Part shown: piece by piece, positions 49,101 through 58,395 of the stretch
Numbering within the stretch: the stretch's first letter is position 1
Layout: each line of letters starts with the position of its first letter
From: Planctomycetota bacterium
Lineage (GTDB): Bacteria > Planctomycetota > B15-G4 > SIAN01
DNA length: 64,000 nucleotides
NCBI GenBank assembly: GCA_031409275.1
Contig: JANNXA010000030.1
Coordinates: 11,507 to 75,506, forward strand
Direction: 5' to 3'
Notes under the pieces: generated by a model
What the model was told of the DNA's origin: nothing
What the model saw: only the letters and a program-made list of their open reading frames with translations
Databases searched by the model: none
Made by a program: the position numbers and the translations under genes

Positions 49101-49601
49101 GGGCCGTTCCACGGCGGCAACCGTCGCGATTTCAACACCTGTGTGCTCTGCCACGGCGTCGCGGGCAACGAGGACTGGCCGATCTACGGCACCACCGTCG
49201 CGACCGCCGCCACCACCGGCACGACGATCGACTTCCGCGGAATGCTCCACAAGATCCACATGGGCGAGGAGCTGACGAACGCCGCGACCTACGAGGTCCT
49301 CGGCTTCAGCTCGAGCTCGAACAAGTACGGCGAGGTGGTCTTCCCCGCGCAAGCCGGCCACACCATGAACTGCACCAAGTGCCATGGAAGCTCCAGCAAC
49401 TGGTACGCGCCGAGCGCCCGCCAACACCCCGCTCAGGCACTGCCGACGCGGGCGTGGCGATCGGCGTGCGGCGCCTGCCATGACTCCGACGCCGCCGGTG
49501 CGCACTTCGACGTCATGACCGCCGGCGGACTGGAATCGTGCGAGGTCTGCCACGGCCAGGGCACTGAGTTCTCGGTCGAAGTCGTGCACAAGGTTCGGTG
49601 A
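46173..49601 (+). CDS. Decaheme outer-membrane cytochrome c lipoprotein, MtrC/OmcA family, with large insertion (1142 aa)
   Basis: Lipoprotein signal then C-AGDDGKDGVDG; DNGDGTYTYKF; 10 CxxCH in two blocks of five (CNQCH, CVLCH, CSKCH, CGSCH, CLPCH / CESCH, CVLCH, CTKCH, CGACH, CEVCH); IDFRxMxHKxH in both halves. Confidence 0.9.
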   Translation: MTAVLSPLRPVLPGRRSLLLLCLIAAACAGDDGKDGVDGSTPTTPLSRVLTKWEDGPGVNLEITGVSGATGPSNSFVPGDRIAVTFTAKRNDGSNWGLDELDHGHILVSGPTFNYQPVIAEQTDLFTASIDNGDGTYTYKFATAIPSTYLEPANDSSAFGPLDGELQGDPLLAGTYTIGMFGRWEYTVDGATFKEVGQATRDVLFGGETTTTAREVVKTDNCNQCHVALQAHDGEIRSAQLCVLCHTSGAEDTSGNGVSIDFRVMIHKLHDGAHLPSVLGVATNSDGSRNYAATKVPYEITDDEGEVTDFSDVAFPVWPNLNTPMPRDFGYSARSSTEKTLEATMLQGATQCSKCHGDPDDSGLLTGPLTAPAQGGLAFSQPSRRACGSCHDDIDWTLPYVANQLQMDPQSDDSSCLPCHAPSGVAGVGLPLSTAAAHLHPLNDATINPGVNFTITSVSGASGPGGNFANGDKPRIEFTVTDDDDNDVPLQTLDGTSTLLVGPTANYQHVFPFASPNGASSALPVDFAGRLQSSSTTNKGTMSKLVGATDSETLIVQFTPSSTAFTVTGTNSGLLGSGTLAAATSTNSDRSSISSVELAPGAVAETITVLFTNPTASSTTFAVTGSVSGAMGSGTMPAFINASTLFTSNDGKVSFIVSSGANAFASNQTIHLTIFRGGGANPVLFAIVVGRTSFAINDRIYYDTVADDSSYEFALPMDLPNEFLGDGNGSIGQVLTAANVPVYYGRQVLSERIALDASGPTTLIAASTERARYVDVAAIDSDLANGDNVVIDDGIASFEEYAQVGYIDSAKKRLWFRTPLRFSHAATTGTVQEVTLSFRQEGVNYTLDPATGTITSLAAFTTGNAIVMNYRTDGAFGWYRRAGDALQAVYVPPINDSPDLDSSWGEWSGLTYLSGTYSASIWGRKNKILGLQNEVQTYNGIGEASVASLLYGSAAAEEPHALVSSGANCESCHTMVGPFHGGNRRDFNTCVLCHGVAGNEDWPIYGTTVATAATTGTTIDFRGMLHKIHMGEELTNAATYEVLGFSSSSNKYGEVVFPAQAGHTMNCTKCHGSSSNWYAPSARQHPAQALPTRAWRSACGACHDSDAAGAHFDVMTAGGLESCEVCHGQGTEFSVEVVHKVR

Positions 49602-49663
49602 TGCGCACGCTCGCTTCGAGAGCACCGAGGCCACGGGAGATCGCTGCGATGGAGGCAACCGCG

Positions 49664-51073
49664 ATGACACTTCAGCGGTCCGCCCGCTCGATGCTGCTGC
49701 TGGCAACTGCCGCTCTGCCCGGTCGTGCCGTCGCGCAGGACGTCGGCACGACGCCCGCCGAGACACCCGCGGCGCCCGAAACCGCGGCCGCGCAAGAGAC
49801 CGCGGTCGCGCTCCCTTCGCTCGCGCAGGGAGACGACGCACTCGACCTTTCGGGCTGGTTCTCGCTGCAGTACCGCTTGCGACGGACCAGCAGCACCACC
49901 GACCAGGACCTCTTCGGACTGCTCGGTGCCGACTGGCGTGACGCCGAGCGCGATCCCCTCTCGCTCCACCTCGTGACGCGCAGCTCGTGGGACGTCGACG
50001 GTCGCCAGGACCGCAATGGCGGCTACGCCTTCGACAGCCTCGCCGACAGCTACGACCACGCCTTCGTCGCCCACCTCCTCGAAGGCTGGGCGGGCGGCCG
50101 CGTCGGCTCGATCGGCGATTGGCGCGCGGGCCGCTTCTATCTCGAGGACACGCCGGTCACGACCTACATGGACGGCGCTCGCCTGGCGACAGCGGCCGCG
50201 GGCCCGCTCAAGGCGCGCATCGGCGGCTACGGCGGCCTGCCGACGCATCTCTACGAATCGTCGGCGCGCGACGACCGCATCTACGGCGCCTTCGCCGAAG
50301 CGCGCGGATGGACCAAAGGACGCACGCGCTTCGACTGGATGCACGTCGACGACGAGCTGCGCGCGAGCGACCGCGAGGATGACCTGCTCGCGCTGTCGCA
50401 ATGGCAGCAGCTCGGAGAACAGGTCGACCTGTTCGGGCGCTTCACCTGGATCGCCTCCGAAAGTCGCGACCTCACTCTGCGCGCCGGCTACCGCGACGTC
50501 CCCACGGCGCTGCGCGTGCAGCTCGCCTGGTACGAGCTCTTCCATGAGCAGACCGACCTCTCCTACGAGTTCGACCCCTTCTCGGTCGTCGCGTTCGACT
50601 ATCTGCCGTACCGACAGGCGTCGCTGGTGATCGGCAAGGGGCTCGGTGACCACTTCGACCTCGCTGCCGGCGTCGACGTGCGACGGCTCAACGACGGCGA
50701 CCTCGAGCGCGCGTTCAACCACGAGTTCGAGCGCTACTACGTCGTCCCCTCGGTCACCGGCTGGCCCAGCGAAGGCACTTCCGCCTCGGCCACCTTCGAG
50801 CTGTGGGACGCCGACACGGAGCGCTACCGGACCATCGGAGCCGACCTCGACCAGGAGATCGCGAAAGGGCTCTCCGTCGGCGCGTTCACCTCGTTCTCGC
50901 TCTACCGCTACGACCTCTACCAGGCGCGGGAGCTCGACCGCGTGCGGAGCTGGGGCACCCGCCTCGATTGGCACGCGACCAGCCGCCTGCGACTGCGTCT
51001 CGACTGGACGTTCGAGGACGATCGCTTCGACCGCTACCAGACTGCGAGGGTGCGAGCCACATGGAACTTCTGA
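49664..51073 (+). CDS. Outer-membrane beta-barrel porin of a porin-cytochrome complex
   Basis: GGAGG RBS, signal peptide, alternating aromatic beta-strand pattern, C-terminal RVRATWNF; lies between two multiheme cytochrome genes. Confidence 0.8.
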   Translation: MTLQRSARSMLLLATAALPGRAVAQDVGTTPAETPAAPETAAAQETAVALPSLAQGDDALDLSGWFSLQYRLRRTSSTTDQDLFGLLGADWRDAERDPLSLHLVTRSSWDVDGRQDRNGGYAFDSLADSYDHAFVAHLLEGWAGGRVGSIGDWRAGRFYLEDTPVTTYMDGARLATAAAGPLKARIGGYGGLPTHLYESSARDDRIYGAFAEARGWTKGRTRFDWMHVDDELRASDREDDLLALSQWQQLGEQVDLFGRFTWIASESRDLTLRAGYRDVPTALRVQLAWYELFHEQTDLSYEFDPFSVVAFDYLPYRQASLVIGKGLGDHFDLAAGVDVRRLNDGDLERAFNHEFERYYVVPSVTGWPSEGTSASATFELWDADTERYRTIGADLDQEIAKGLSVGAFTSFSLYRYDLYQARELDRVRSWGTRLDWHATSRLRLRLDWTFEDDRFDRYQTARVRATWNF

Positions 51074-52089
51074 AACCGATCACGCGCGGCGCGCTGCTGC
51101 TGGTCCCGATCGGGATCGTCGGCTGCCTGATGTTCAACGGATTCGGCGGCCCCTCCGGCCCCGCGTTCCCCCATTCCAAGCACGGCGAGGAAGCGGGGCT
51201 CGAGTGCGCCTCGTGCCACCGCACCGCCGCCACCGGCGAAGCGGCGGGCATGCCGACCGAGAAGCAGTGCATGCTCTGCCACGAGGAGCTCGACCGGGAC
51301 AAGCCGCTGGAGAAGCGGGCGAGCGCCTTCTTCGTCGACCATGTGCTGCAGGCGCGGCGCGGAAGCGAACTCGGCGACGAGGTGATCTTCTCGCACGCTG
51401 CGCACGTGACCGGCAAGTCGATGGCGTGCGCCCAATGCCACTCCGGCGTCGAAGGGTCGGACGAACTGCCCGCCGATCTGCATCTCGCGATGATCGACTG
51501 CATGGGTTGCCACTCGCAGGCAAGCCTCAGCAACGATTGCGCGGTCTGCCACAAGACGATCCGCGCCGAAGTGCCCCCGCCCACCCACATCGGAGCGTGG
51601 AAGCGCGAGCACGGCCCGACCTGCCGCGCCGGCGGTGTCGGCGTCGGCAGCGACGGCGATGCAGAGGCCACCTGCATGTACTGCCACGGTCGCAACGAAT
51701 GCGAGTCGTGCCACCGCACCGAAGCGCCCGCCGACCACAACAACTGGTGGCGTCGCCGCGGCCACGGCCTCGCGATGGCGATCGACCGCGACCGCTGCAG
51801 CACCTGCCACCAGGCTGACTCGTGCGACCGCTGCCACCAGGAGAGCGCGCCCGTCAGCCACACCGCCGGTTTCGGTTCGCCGCGCGACCGCCACTGCGTC
51901 GGCTGCCACTTCCCGCTCGGCAACGACGAAGGGTGCGCGACCTGCCACCGCGGCACGCCGAGCCACCAGCTCGCTGCTCCGCTGCCGCCTGGCCACACTC
52001 CCGGCATGAACTGCCGCCAGTGCCACGGGCTCACCGCGCCGCTCCCGCATCCCGACAAGGGCGACAACTGCAGCACCTGCCACCGTTGA
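51061..52089 (+). CDS. Periplasmic 13-heme cytochrome c (c3/c7-like N-terminus, paired CxxCH C-terminus)
   Basis: 342 aa, N-terminal hydrophobic segment, 13 CxxCH motifs, FPHSKH and FSHAAH distal-His motifs; overlaps porin stop by 13 nt. Confidence 0.9.
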   Translation: MELLKPITRGALLLVPIGIVGCLMFNGFGGPSGPAFPHSKHGEEAGLECASCHRTAATGEAAGMPTEKQCMLCHEELDRDKPLEKRASAFFVDHVLQARRGSELGDEVIFSHAAHVTGKSMACAQCHSGVEGSDELPADLHLAMIDCMGCHSQASLSNDCAVCHKTIRAEVPPPTHIGAWKREHGPTCRAGGVGVGSDGDAEATCMYCHGRNECESCHRTEAPADHNNWWRRRGHGLAMAIDRDRCSTCHQADSCDRCHQESAPVSHTAGFGSPRDRHCVGCHFPLGNDEGCATCHRGTPSHQLAAPLPPGHTPGMNCRQCHGLTAPLPHPDKGDNCSTCHR

Positions 52090-52100
52090 GGAGTCGACCG

Positions 52101-52832
52101 TTGAAGTGGTGCGGGCCGCCGGTGTTGCCGTTGCTGCTGGGCGTCGTCGCCGTCGGCGGCGCGTTCGGGGTGACGACGGCACTGCGGAGCGGCGACCGTG
52201 CACAGCTCGATCGTTCCGCGCGCGATCCCGCCACGAACGTCGCGATCGCCGACGATGCGCAATGGGAGGCGGCGCGGCGTGAGCTGCTCGCGCCACCGGC
52301 TCATGCGGGAGCGGCGGCCCCCGCCCGCGAACCGTCGCCCGAGACGCTCGAATCGTTCGCGGACGTGGCGCGCGCGCGACTGGTCGCGAAGGCGCCACTG
52401 GCCGAGAAGGCGGCATGGCTGCTCAAGGCGCGCGCGGTCTCACCGACGCTCTACGACGAGCTCTGCGCGATGGTCCTGGCGGGCGGCGAGCAGGTCGACA
52501 CGCGGCTGCGCGAGACGATCGTGAGTCGGTTCAATGAGGAGGCGCCGCAATCGAGCCGCACCGCGCAGCGCTCGATCGACCAGGTCGTCTTCGAGTCGAC
52601 GCTGCCGCTCTACCTGCGCCTCGGCGCCGCGCGCACGCTCTTCGAGCAGGCCGAGGCCCCGCTGCTGGACGAACTGGTCCCGCGCGTCGCACCGCTCGCC
52701 GACGCCTCTCTGCGCGACGCGATCCTCGCCGCGTTGGACGAGAACCCATCCGCTGCCGCAGGACCCGCGCGCCAGCAACTGATCCGTGCGCACGGCTGGA
52801 CCGCCAAGGCGACGGCCGACACGAACGAGTGA
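52101..52832 (+). CDS. Membrane-anchored helical hypothetical protein, last gene of the cytochrome cluster
   Basis: GAGGAG RBS, TTG start 11 nt after the cytochrome stop; hydrophobic N-terminus; helical HEAT-like body. Confidence 0.6.
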   Translation: MKWCGPPVLPLLLGVVAVGGAFGVTTALRSGDRAQLDRSARDPATNVAIADDAQWEAARRELLAPPAHAGAAAPAREPSPETLESFADVARARLVAKAPLAEKAAWLLKARAVSPTLYDELCAMVLAGGEQVDTRLRETIVSRFNEEAPQSSRTAQRSIDQVVFESTLPLYLRLGAARTLFEQAEAPLLDELVPRVAPLADASLRDAILAALDENPSAAAGPARQQLIRAHGWTAKATADTNE

Positions 52833-53109
52833 CGCGGCTCACGGCGCCAGCGGCTCGACTCGACTCTTGAGCTCGATCGTCCCGGCGCGCCGCAGCTGCA
52901 ACGCCTGCCCCGAAACGCGCGCGCGATTCGCCGCGATCGGCCGCGGCGTCGTCGGCGAGGATCAACTCCTCTTCGCGTGCGAGCTGATTGAACTGCTCGA
53001 TCGGATCGCCAAGGGCGACGCCGGGTGTTCGGGAAGAGCTTCTCCAGGAGTCGCGCTCCCTCCGCGGCGTGGGGATCGGGCAGCGCGTCGATGGACTGCA
53101 ATGCCGCTC

Positions 53110-53299
53110 GCGACACCGCCTCGCGCAGCGTGAGGTCGCGATTCGTCTCGGCCCGCTCGCGCGTCACGCCGTCCCACGGGATCACCGCGTCGGGAGACGC
53201 GATCGTGCCGAGCTCCAAGGCGACGAGCGAGTTGGCGATCTTGAAGGTCGACGCCGGCGAAGCCGCTCGACAGCAGGAGCAACGCGACAGCTCCGCCAC
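53110..53299 (-). pseudogene. Class D (OXA/BlaR-like) beta-lactamase fragment
   Basis: PASTFKIANSLVALELG...IPWDG...NRDLTLREA is the class D STFK region; no signal peptide, SxV or KTG found. Confidence 0.7.
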
Positions 53300-53346
53300 G
53301 AGTCATCTTCCGCAGCTCCATCGCCATCGCTCCGATCGTGCCCCGC

Positions 53347-56142
53347 TCAGCGCACTCCGCTTCCAGCCGTGAAAAACGCGGCGCGATAGAGATCCGTCCC
53401 CAGCACGACGCGCGCGGCGCCGCGCCGCACGACAGCAACTCGGCGCGCCGCGTAGAGCGGCACGATGCAGCCGTCGAGCAGGCTTTGGATCTGCGGCGCC
53501 AGCGCCTCCATCTTGGCCGGGTCGGTGCACGCCGCCGCCGCCTCGACCAGCGCGGCCAGCCGTGCCTGGTACGGATCGCCAGCGACCGGCGGCAGGAAGC
53601 GATGGAAGATCGAGAGCCACGGGTCGTAGGGCACGCCCCAGGTCGACTCGAGCTGGAACTCAAAGTCGCCCGCCGCGAGCGCCGCGTCGTAGTCGGCGCC
53701 GGCGAGCGCACGCACCGCGAGGCCGTACCCGCTCTTCGCAAGTTGCGCGTCGAGCACTTCGGCGATCGTCTGCTCGCGCGGCGATTCGGCGTGGATCAGC
53801 AGCCGAAGGCCGAAAAGCGCATCGCCGGCTGCCTCGTCCTGCGGTCCGCTCCCGGCGATGAATCTCGCGCCGAGTTCACCGAGATTCGGCGGGAACAGCG
53901 GCAGCAGACCGTGCCGCCGTTTCGTGGTCCACGCGGTGAGCGTTGGCGCGGCCCACTGCTGGCACGGGTCGGCCAGACCGCCCTCACACCGCTTGATCAG
54001 CTCGGCACGATCGAGCGCGTGCAGCACCGAGTTGCACCAGTCGGGGTCGACTCCCGCTCGCGTTGCCAGGTACCAGACCGACGAACCGGGCGATTCGACG
54101 ATCTCGAGATCGTCACGTCCGCGCAGCTCCGCGAGTCGCGCCCGCGGCACCAGCTCCTGCCAGCCGTCGGCGACGACGTCGACTTCGCCCGCCAGCAGTG
54201 CGTCGAGCGGCGACTCTTCGGCACCGAAGCGCACCAGATCGAGTCGTTCGACGCGTGACGCGGTGTCGCCCCGTATCGCGACGGCGGCCAGATCGGCTGC
54301 GCGGTCGCGCAGGTCGCAGCGCTCGAAGCGCAGCGTCCGCTCGTCCTCCGCGGTGCCGAGGCAGCGGTAGGGCCCGCTGCCGATCGGCGCGACGGCGTTG
54401 CCTTCGCCGTCCAGCGCGCCCGGGCCGCGAATCGCGCACGGGTTGATGGCGCAAAGGTCGACCAGCACGGCCGCGGGTTGCGCGAGATGGAGCGTCAGGT
54501 GGCGGGCGTCGTCCACGACGACGGCGGTCACGTGGCGCGCGTTGCGCAGCCAGGCGTGCTCGGGCAAACCGAGCCAACGTTTGAAGTGGAGCGCGACGGC
54601 AGCGGCATCGACCGGCGTGCCGTCGTGGAAGCGCGCCCCCTCGCGCAGCTCCAACGTGATCGCCTTGCCGTCGGCTGCCACACGCCAGGACGAGGCGAGC
54701 GCAGGCGCGATCCGTCCCTGCTCATCGATCCGCACCAACGTCTCGTAGAGCGTCGTCTTCGCCTCGAATCCGCCGCGATAGGAGAGCGGCGAGATCGCCT
54801 CGGTGGGGCCCGGCTTGCCACGGATGGCGACGCGCAGCGCGCCATCGGCCGCGCGCGGCGCGAGGGCGGAGTTCGACTTCGCGGGCGGCGGCACGCCGTT
54901 CTCCGGTCGCGGATTCACCGCGGCGCCGGGCAGACCGGTTCCGGGCGGGCGCGCGAGCAGGAAGATCCGCGATCCGTACCCCGAGCCCATCAGCTCGTCG
55001 GTCGCGTTGCGGCCATCGACCTCGACCGCCTCGAGCCAGTGGCCCTTGTCACGCTCCTCGAACAGTACCTCGACCTTCCACGCCGACTCGCCGGCGCGAC
55101 GCGAGAGCAGTTCCACGCGCGCGCTGTAGCCGAAAACGGCGACTGTCTCGACGGCGGGATCGGGATCGAAGCGGCCGGCCGCGATGCCGCGTGGCCCTTG
55201 CGGTCCGGCGTAGATCACCTCGCGCGTCCACTCGCCCTCGACCGCTCCCTTCACTGCGAGGCGCAGCACGACGCCATCGTCGCGCGTGACGTAGAGCACC
55301 TCGCGTTCGCCCGGCGCCGATCGGCGGCGCGCGATGCGGCCGAAGCCCATCGGCTCCTTCAGCAGCTCGCGCACTTCGAGGCCGTCGTTGGCGGCGGCCC
55401 GCATCAGCAACACTTCACCGGTGCGGCAGATGCCGGCGATCCACGGCGCGGCAGCGGGCGCGGCGGCGGCGGGGCCGCTTGGCAGCAACAGCGCTTGGCG
55501 AACGCGTCCCGCCAATTGCGCGCGCTTCACCACGTCGAACTCGAAGCCGCCACTCCGCGCGCGCGGCTCGTAGACGTTGCCGAGATGAGTGAAGACGAGG
55601 AGCTCACTGCCGGGTCGACTCAAGTCGAGGTCGCCGGCGACAGCGGTGTGGAGCTCCTCGGCCGGGAAGGCGGCGATGCGCGCGGTGTCCATCGTGCCAT
55701 CGCGGTGGACGACGATCTGGTAGAGGTTGCCGCGCTTGCCGCCGGTGTAGATCTCGCGCTCGGGCCGACGCGGGTCGAGCTCCACCTGCGCGATGGCGCC
55801 GAGCCACTCGTGGTCCTCGACGGTTTGCCACGGCGTCCACTTGCCGCTGTACGAGCAGAGCAGGATGCAGCGCCCCTTGTCGTCGAGGCCGAACGCCTCG
55901 AGCGCGCCGTTCATCTCGAACGCGTCGAGCACGCCACAGGTCCAGATGCCGACGTCGTTGTCGTAGACGAGGCTCGCGTTCCAGCCCGCTTGCGCCGGCA
56001 GCGCGATCTCCTGCTTTGAGGCGTCCTGCCGGGGAGGAGTCGTTTGCGGCGCGAGCGTGGCGCTCATCATCACGGCGGCAAACGGAGCGCACGGCCATCG
56101 CCGCCAGCGATGGGGAACACTGCGAACGAACGACGAGACCAT
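53347..56142 (-). CDS. Fusion of FG-GAP-like beta-propeller and family 5 ABC substrate-binding domain (NikA-like)
   Basis: N-half repeats (GDLDLSRPGSELLV, GRFDPDPAVETVAV); C-half LYETLV...PALASSW...FHDGTPVDA, HAWL, PIGSGPY and TWGVPYDP, resembling NikA HAWL and TWGAPYDP. Confidence 0.75.
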   Translation of the reverse strand: MVSSFVRSVPHRWRRWPCAPFAAVMMSATLAPQTTPPRQDASKQEIALPAQAGWNASLVYDNDVGIWTCGVLDAFEMNGALEAFGLDDKGRCILLCSYSGKWTPWQTVEDHEWLGAIAQVELDPRRPEREIYTGGKRGNLYQIVVHRDGTMDTARIAAFPAEELHTAVAGDLDLSRPGSELLVFTHLGNVYEPRARSGGFEFDVVKRAQLAGRVRQALLLPSGPAAAAPAAAPWIAGICRTGEVLLMRAAANDGLEVRELLKEPMGFGRIARRRSAPGEREVLYVTRDDGVVLRLAVKGAVEGEWTREVIYAGPQGPRGIAAGRFDPDPAVETVAVFGYSARVELLSRRAGESAWKVEVLFEERDKGHWLEAVEVDGRNATDELMGSGYGSRIFLLARPPGTGLPGAAVNPRPENGVPPPAKSNSALAPRAADGALRVAIRGKPGPTEAISPLSYRGGFEAKTTLYETLVRIDEQGRIAPALASSWRVAADGKAITLELREGARFHDGTPVDAAAVALHFKRWLGLPEHAWLRNARHVTAVVVDDARHLTLHLAQPAAVLVDLCAINPCAIRGPGALDGEGNAVAPIGSGPYRCLGTAEDERTLRFERCDLRDRAADLAAVAIRGDTASRVERLDLVRFGAEESPLDALLAGEVDVVADGWQELVPRARLAELRGRDDLEIVESPGSSVWYLATRAGVDPDWCNSVLHALDRAELIKRCEGGLADPCQQWAAPTLTAWTTKRRHGLLPLFPPNLGELGARFIAGSGPQDEAAGDALFGLRLLIHAESPREQTIAEVLDAQLAKSGYGLAVRALAGADYDAALAAGDFEFQLESTWGVPYDPWLSIFHRFLPPVAGDPYQARLAALVEAAAACTDPAKMEALAPQIQSLLDGCIVPLYAARRVAVVRRGAARVVLGTDLYRAAFFTAGSGVR

Positions 56143-56423
56143 GAATTCGCTCCTCTTCGACCCGATGGGCGCCGAGCGGCGGCAGCGCCGCAACCCCGGT
56201 GCCGACGTTGCGGACCGGAGTGTTGCGAGGCTGGCTCGACACTCTCCCGGATCACCTTCGGGCGGTCGTCACCGCCGTGCCATGAAACGGCGAGGCGCCG
56301 GCGGCATCCGTTGCGGGCATGCCGGCCACCGAGGTGCGCCCCCTTCACCGCTCCCACTTCAGCACCGCTGGCCCGCTTGCGGCGGGCGAGCTAGCGTTCC
56401 GTTTCCCCAAGAGGCGGAACCTC

Positions 56424-57062
56424 ATGGCGAACGGTGCGAGCCGTCCGCAAATGGTCGGTCCATCGATGCCCGACGATCGCGAGCTGCTGAACGGCTTGCG
56501 CCGCGGCGATGCGGCCGCGTTCGAGCGGCTGGTGCGCGACCACTCTCCGCGCCTGCTCGCCACGATCCGCCACATCGTGCGGCATGACGAGGACGCGCAC
56601 GAAGCGTTGCAGGACGCCTTCCTCTCGATCTGGAAGGCGATCGATCGCTTCGAGGGCGCCTCGGGGCTTTCCACCTGGCTGCACCGCGTGGCCGTCAACG
56701 CCGCGCTGATGAAGCTGCGCGCCAAGCGACGGCGCCCCGAACTGGCGCTCGACGACCTGCTGCCGAAGTTCACGGACGACGGCCACGCCGTCGACTTGGC
56801 CGAGCCGTGGCAGGCCGATGGGGTCGAGCTGGCCTCGCGTACCGAGGTGCGCGCCATCGTGCGGGAGCTGATCGAACAGCTGCCCGACAACTACCGCGTC
56901 GTGCTGCTGCTGCGCGACCTCGAGGAGCTCTCGACCGATGAGGTCGCGCGGATGCTCGAGGTGACGCCCAACGCCGTGAAGATCCGTGTCCACCGCGCGC
57001 GCCAGGCGCTGCGCACGCTGCTCGATCGCCGCTTCTCCCGCCCCGAACTTCGCGAGACGTGA
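56424..57062 (+). CDS. ECF sigma-70 factor
   Basis: GDAAAFERLV, DAHEALQDAF, STWLHRVAVN and AVKIRVHRAR motifs. Start could be 56466. Confidence 0.92.
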   Translation: MANGASRPQMVGPSMPDDRELLNGLRRGDAAAFERLVRDHSPRLLATIRHIVRHDEDAHEALQDAFLSIWKAIDRFEGASGLSTWLHRVAVNAALMKLRAKRRRPELALDDLLPKFTDDGHAVDLAEPWQADGVELASRTEVRAIVRELIEQLPDNYRVVLLLRDLEELSTDEVARMLEVTPNAVKIRVHRARQALRTLLDRRFSRPELRET

Positions 57063-57322
57063 ACGCCGTGGACCCTTACCTCACCTGCCAGCAGTTGGCC
57101 GAGTTCCTTGGCGAGTACTACGACGGCACGCTCGCCGCGAAGGAGCGCCGCGAGTTCGAGCGCCATCTCGCCGTCTGCCCGCCCTGCATCCACTACCTCG
57201 AGAGCTACAAGACGACCGTCGCGCTCGGCAAAGCCAGCTGCGGCAGCGCGCCCGCCAGCGAGCAGGTGCCTGAGGAGCTGATCCAGGCGATCCTCGCGGC
57301 GCGCCGACAGCGGCAGGGCTGA
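57059..57322 (+). CDS. zf-HC2 (ZAS) anti-sigma factor, soluble
   Basis: HLAVCPPC (HxxxCxxC) motif; GTGA overlap with sigma gene; no TM segment. Confidence 0.9.
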   Translation: MNAVDPYLTCQQLAEFLGEYYDGTLAAKERREFERHLAVCPPCIHYLESYKTTVALGKASCGSAPASEQVPEELIQAILAARRQRQG

Positions 57323-57365
57323 ACGAGCCGAGCGAGGCGCCCGCCAGCCCGCCGCGTTTTGCGCC

Positions 57366-58343
57366 TCACTTCAGCAGTCGCGCGAGCCGCCGCTTCACCA
57401 CTTCATCGCAACCGCCAAGGTCCTTGGGCGCGACGGCGTTGAAGTCGTCGTGATGGTCGTTCTGGTAGTCGACGGCGACCCACTCCCCGGCCGCCGTGCA
57501 GAGCACGAAGTGGACGGCGACGATCTGCTTGCGATCGGGGGACGTGACGTAGTCGGCCAGCAGCGCGTAGTCGGTCGCCACCGGCTCCTGCTGGAGCTGA
57601 GCGCGGAACGCCTTCGCCAGCGTCCACAGGCGCAGCTGCTCGTTGCTGGTCGGCTTGGCCTCGAAAGCGACCGTCCGATCGAGCGCCGTCGCGGCGCAAC
57701 TGCCCGCGAGCGTCGCCGCGAGTCGCCCCGCTTGCGCGAGATCGCCGGTCGCGTCGCGCTCCCCCTTCGGTGCTGCCAGACCGAACAGCGCACGGACGCG
57801 CTCGGCGACCACCATGCAGCACGTCATCGGCTCGCGCGGCTTCAGGCGATCGAACGCGGCGTCGCCACTCTGCTGGAGATCGGACCAGACCAGCGCACCG
57901 CCGGCGTCGACGATCCACGTACGCACCGCGACGAACCTGCTCCCCTCGACTTCGAAGGAGGCGAGCATGGTGTGCGGCGCACCGCTCGGCGTCGCGCGCA
58001 GATGAGCGGCCAGCAACGCCGGCAACGAGTCAGGAGACGTGCCCGCCGGCGGCTCGAAGAGACCTTCGGCCGACTGCACCGCATCGAGGCCCACTTGCTG
58101 CTCCAGGACGAGTCCGACGGCATCGCCGACGTCGCGATTTGCTTTTCCGGCCAGCAACGCCGGAAGCACCGCCAGCGGTGCCTTGGCGCCGGCTCGGCGC
58201 AGCGTGTCGAGGCGCGCCTGCTGCTCGGCCGGCAGGACGGGAGCGGGCGTCGCTGGCGACTGCGCGCAACCGAGCGGCGCCACCAACGCCGCAGCGGCGA
58301 AGAGGACCCCGCCCACGGGAACGAGCCGATGGAGCACGGACAT
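57366..58343 (-). CDS. Hypothetical lipoprotein
   Basis: Signal peptide ending PLGC; GAGGA upstream; vicinal cysteines EPMTCC. Confidence 0.7.
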   Translation of the reverse strand: MSVLHRLVPVGGVLFAAAALVAPLGCAQSPATPAPVLPAEQQARLDTLRRAGAKAPLAVLPALLAGKANRDVGDAVGLVLEQQVGLDAVQSAEGLFEPPAGTSPDSLPALLAAHLRATPSGAPHTMLASFEVEGSRFVAVRTWIVDAGGALVWSDLQQSGDAAFDRLKPREPMTCCMVVAERVRALFGLAAPKGERDATGDLAQAGRLAATLAGSCAATALDRTVAFEAKPTSNEQLRLWTLAKAFRAQLQQEPVATDYALLADYVTSPDRKQIVAVHFVLCTAAGEWVAVDYQNDHHDDFNAVAPKDLGGCDEVVKRRLARLLK

Positions 58344-58395
58344 CACACCATTCCTCGAGATCGTGTAGGAAGCAACGGGTTCCAATCGACCGAAG

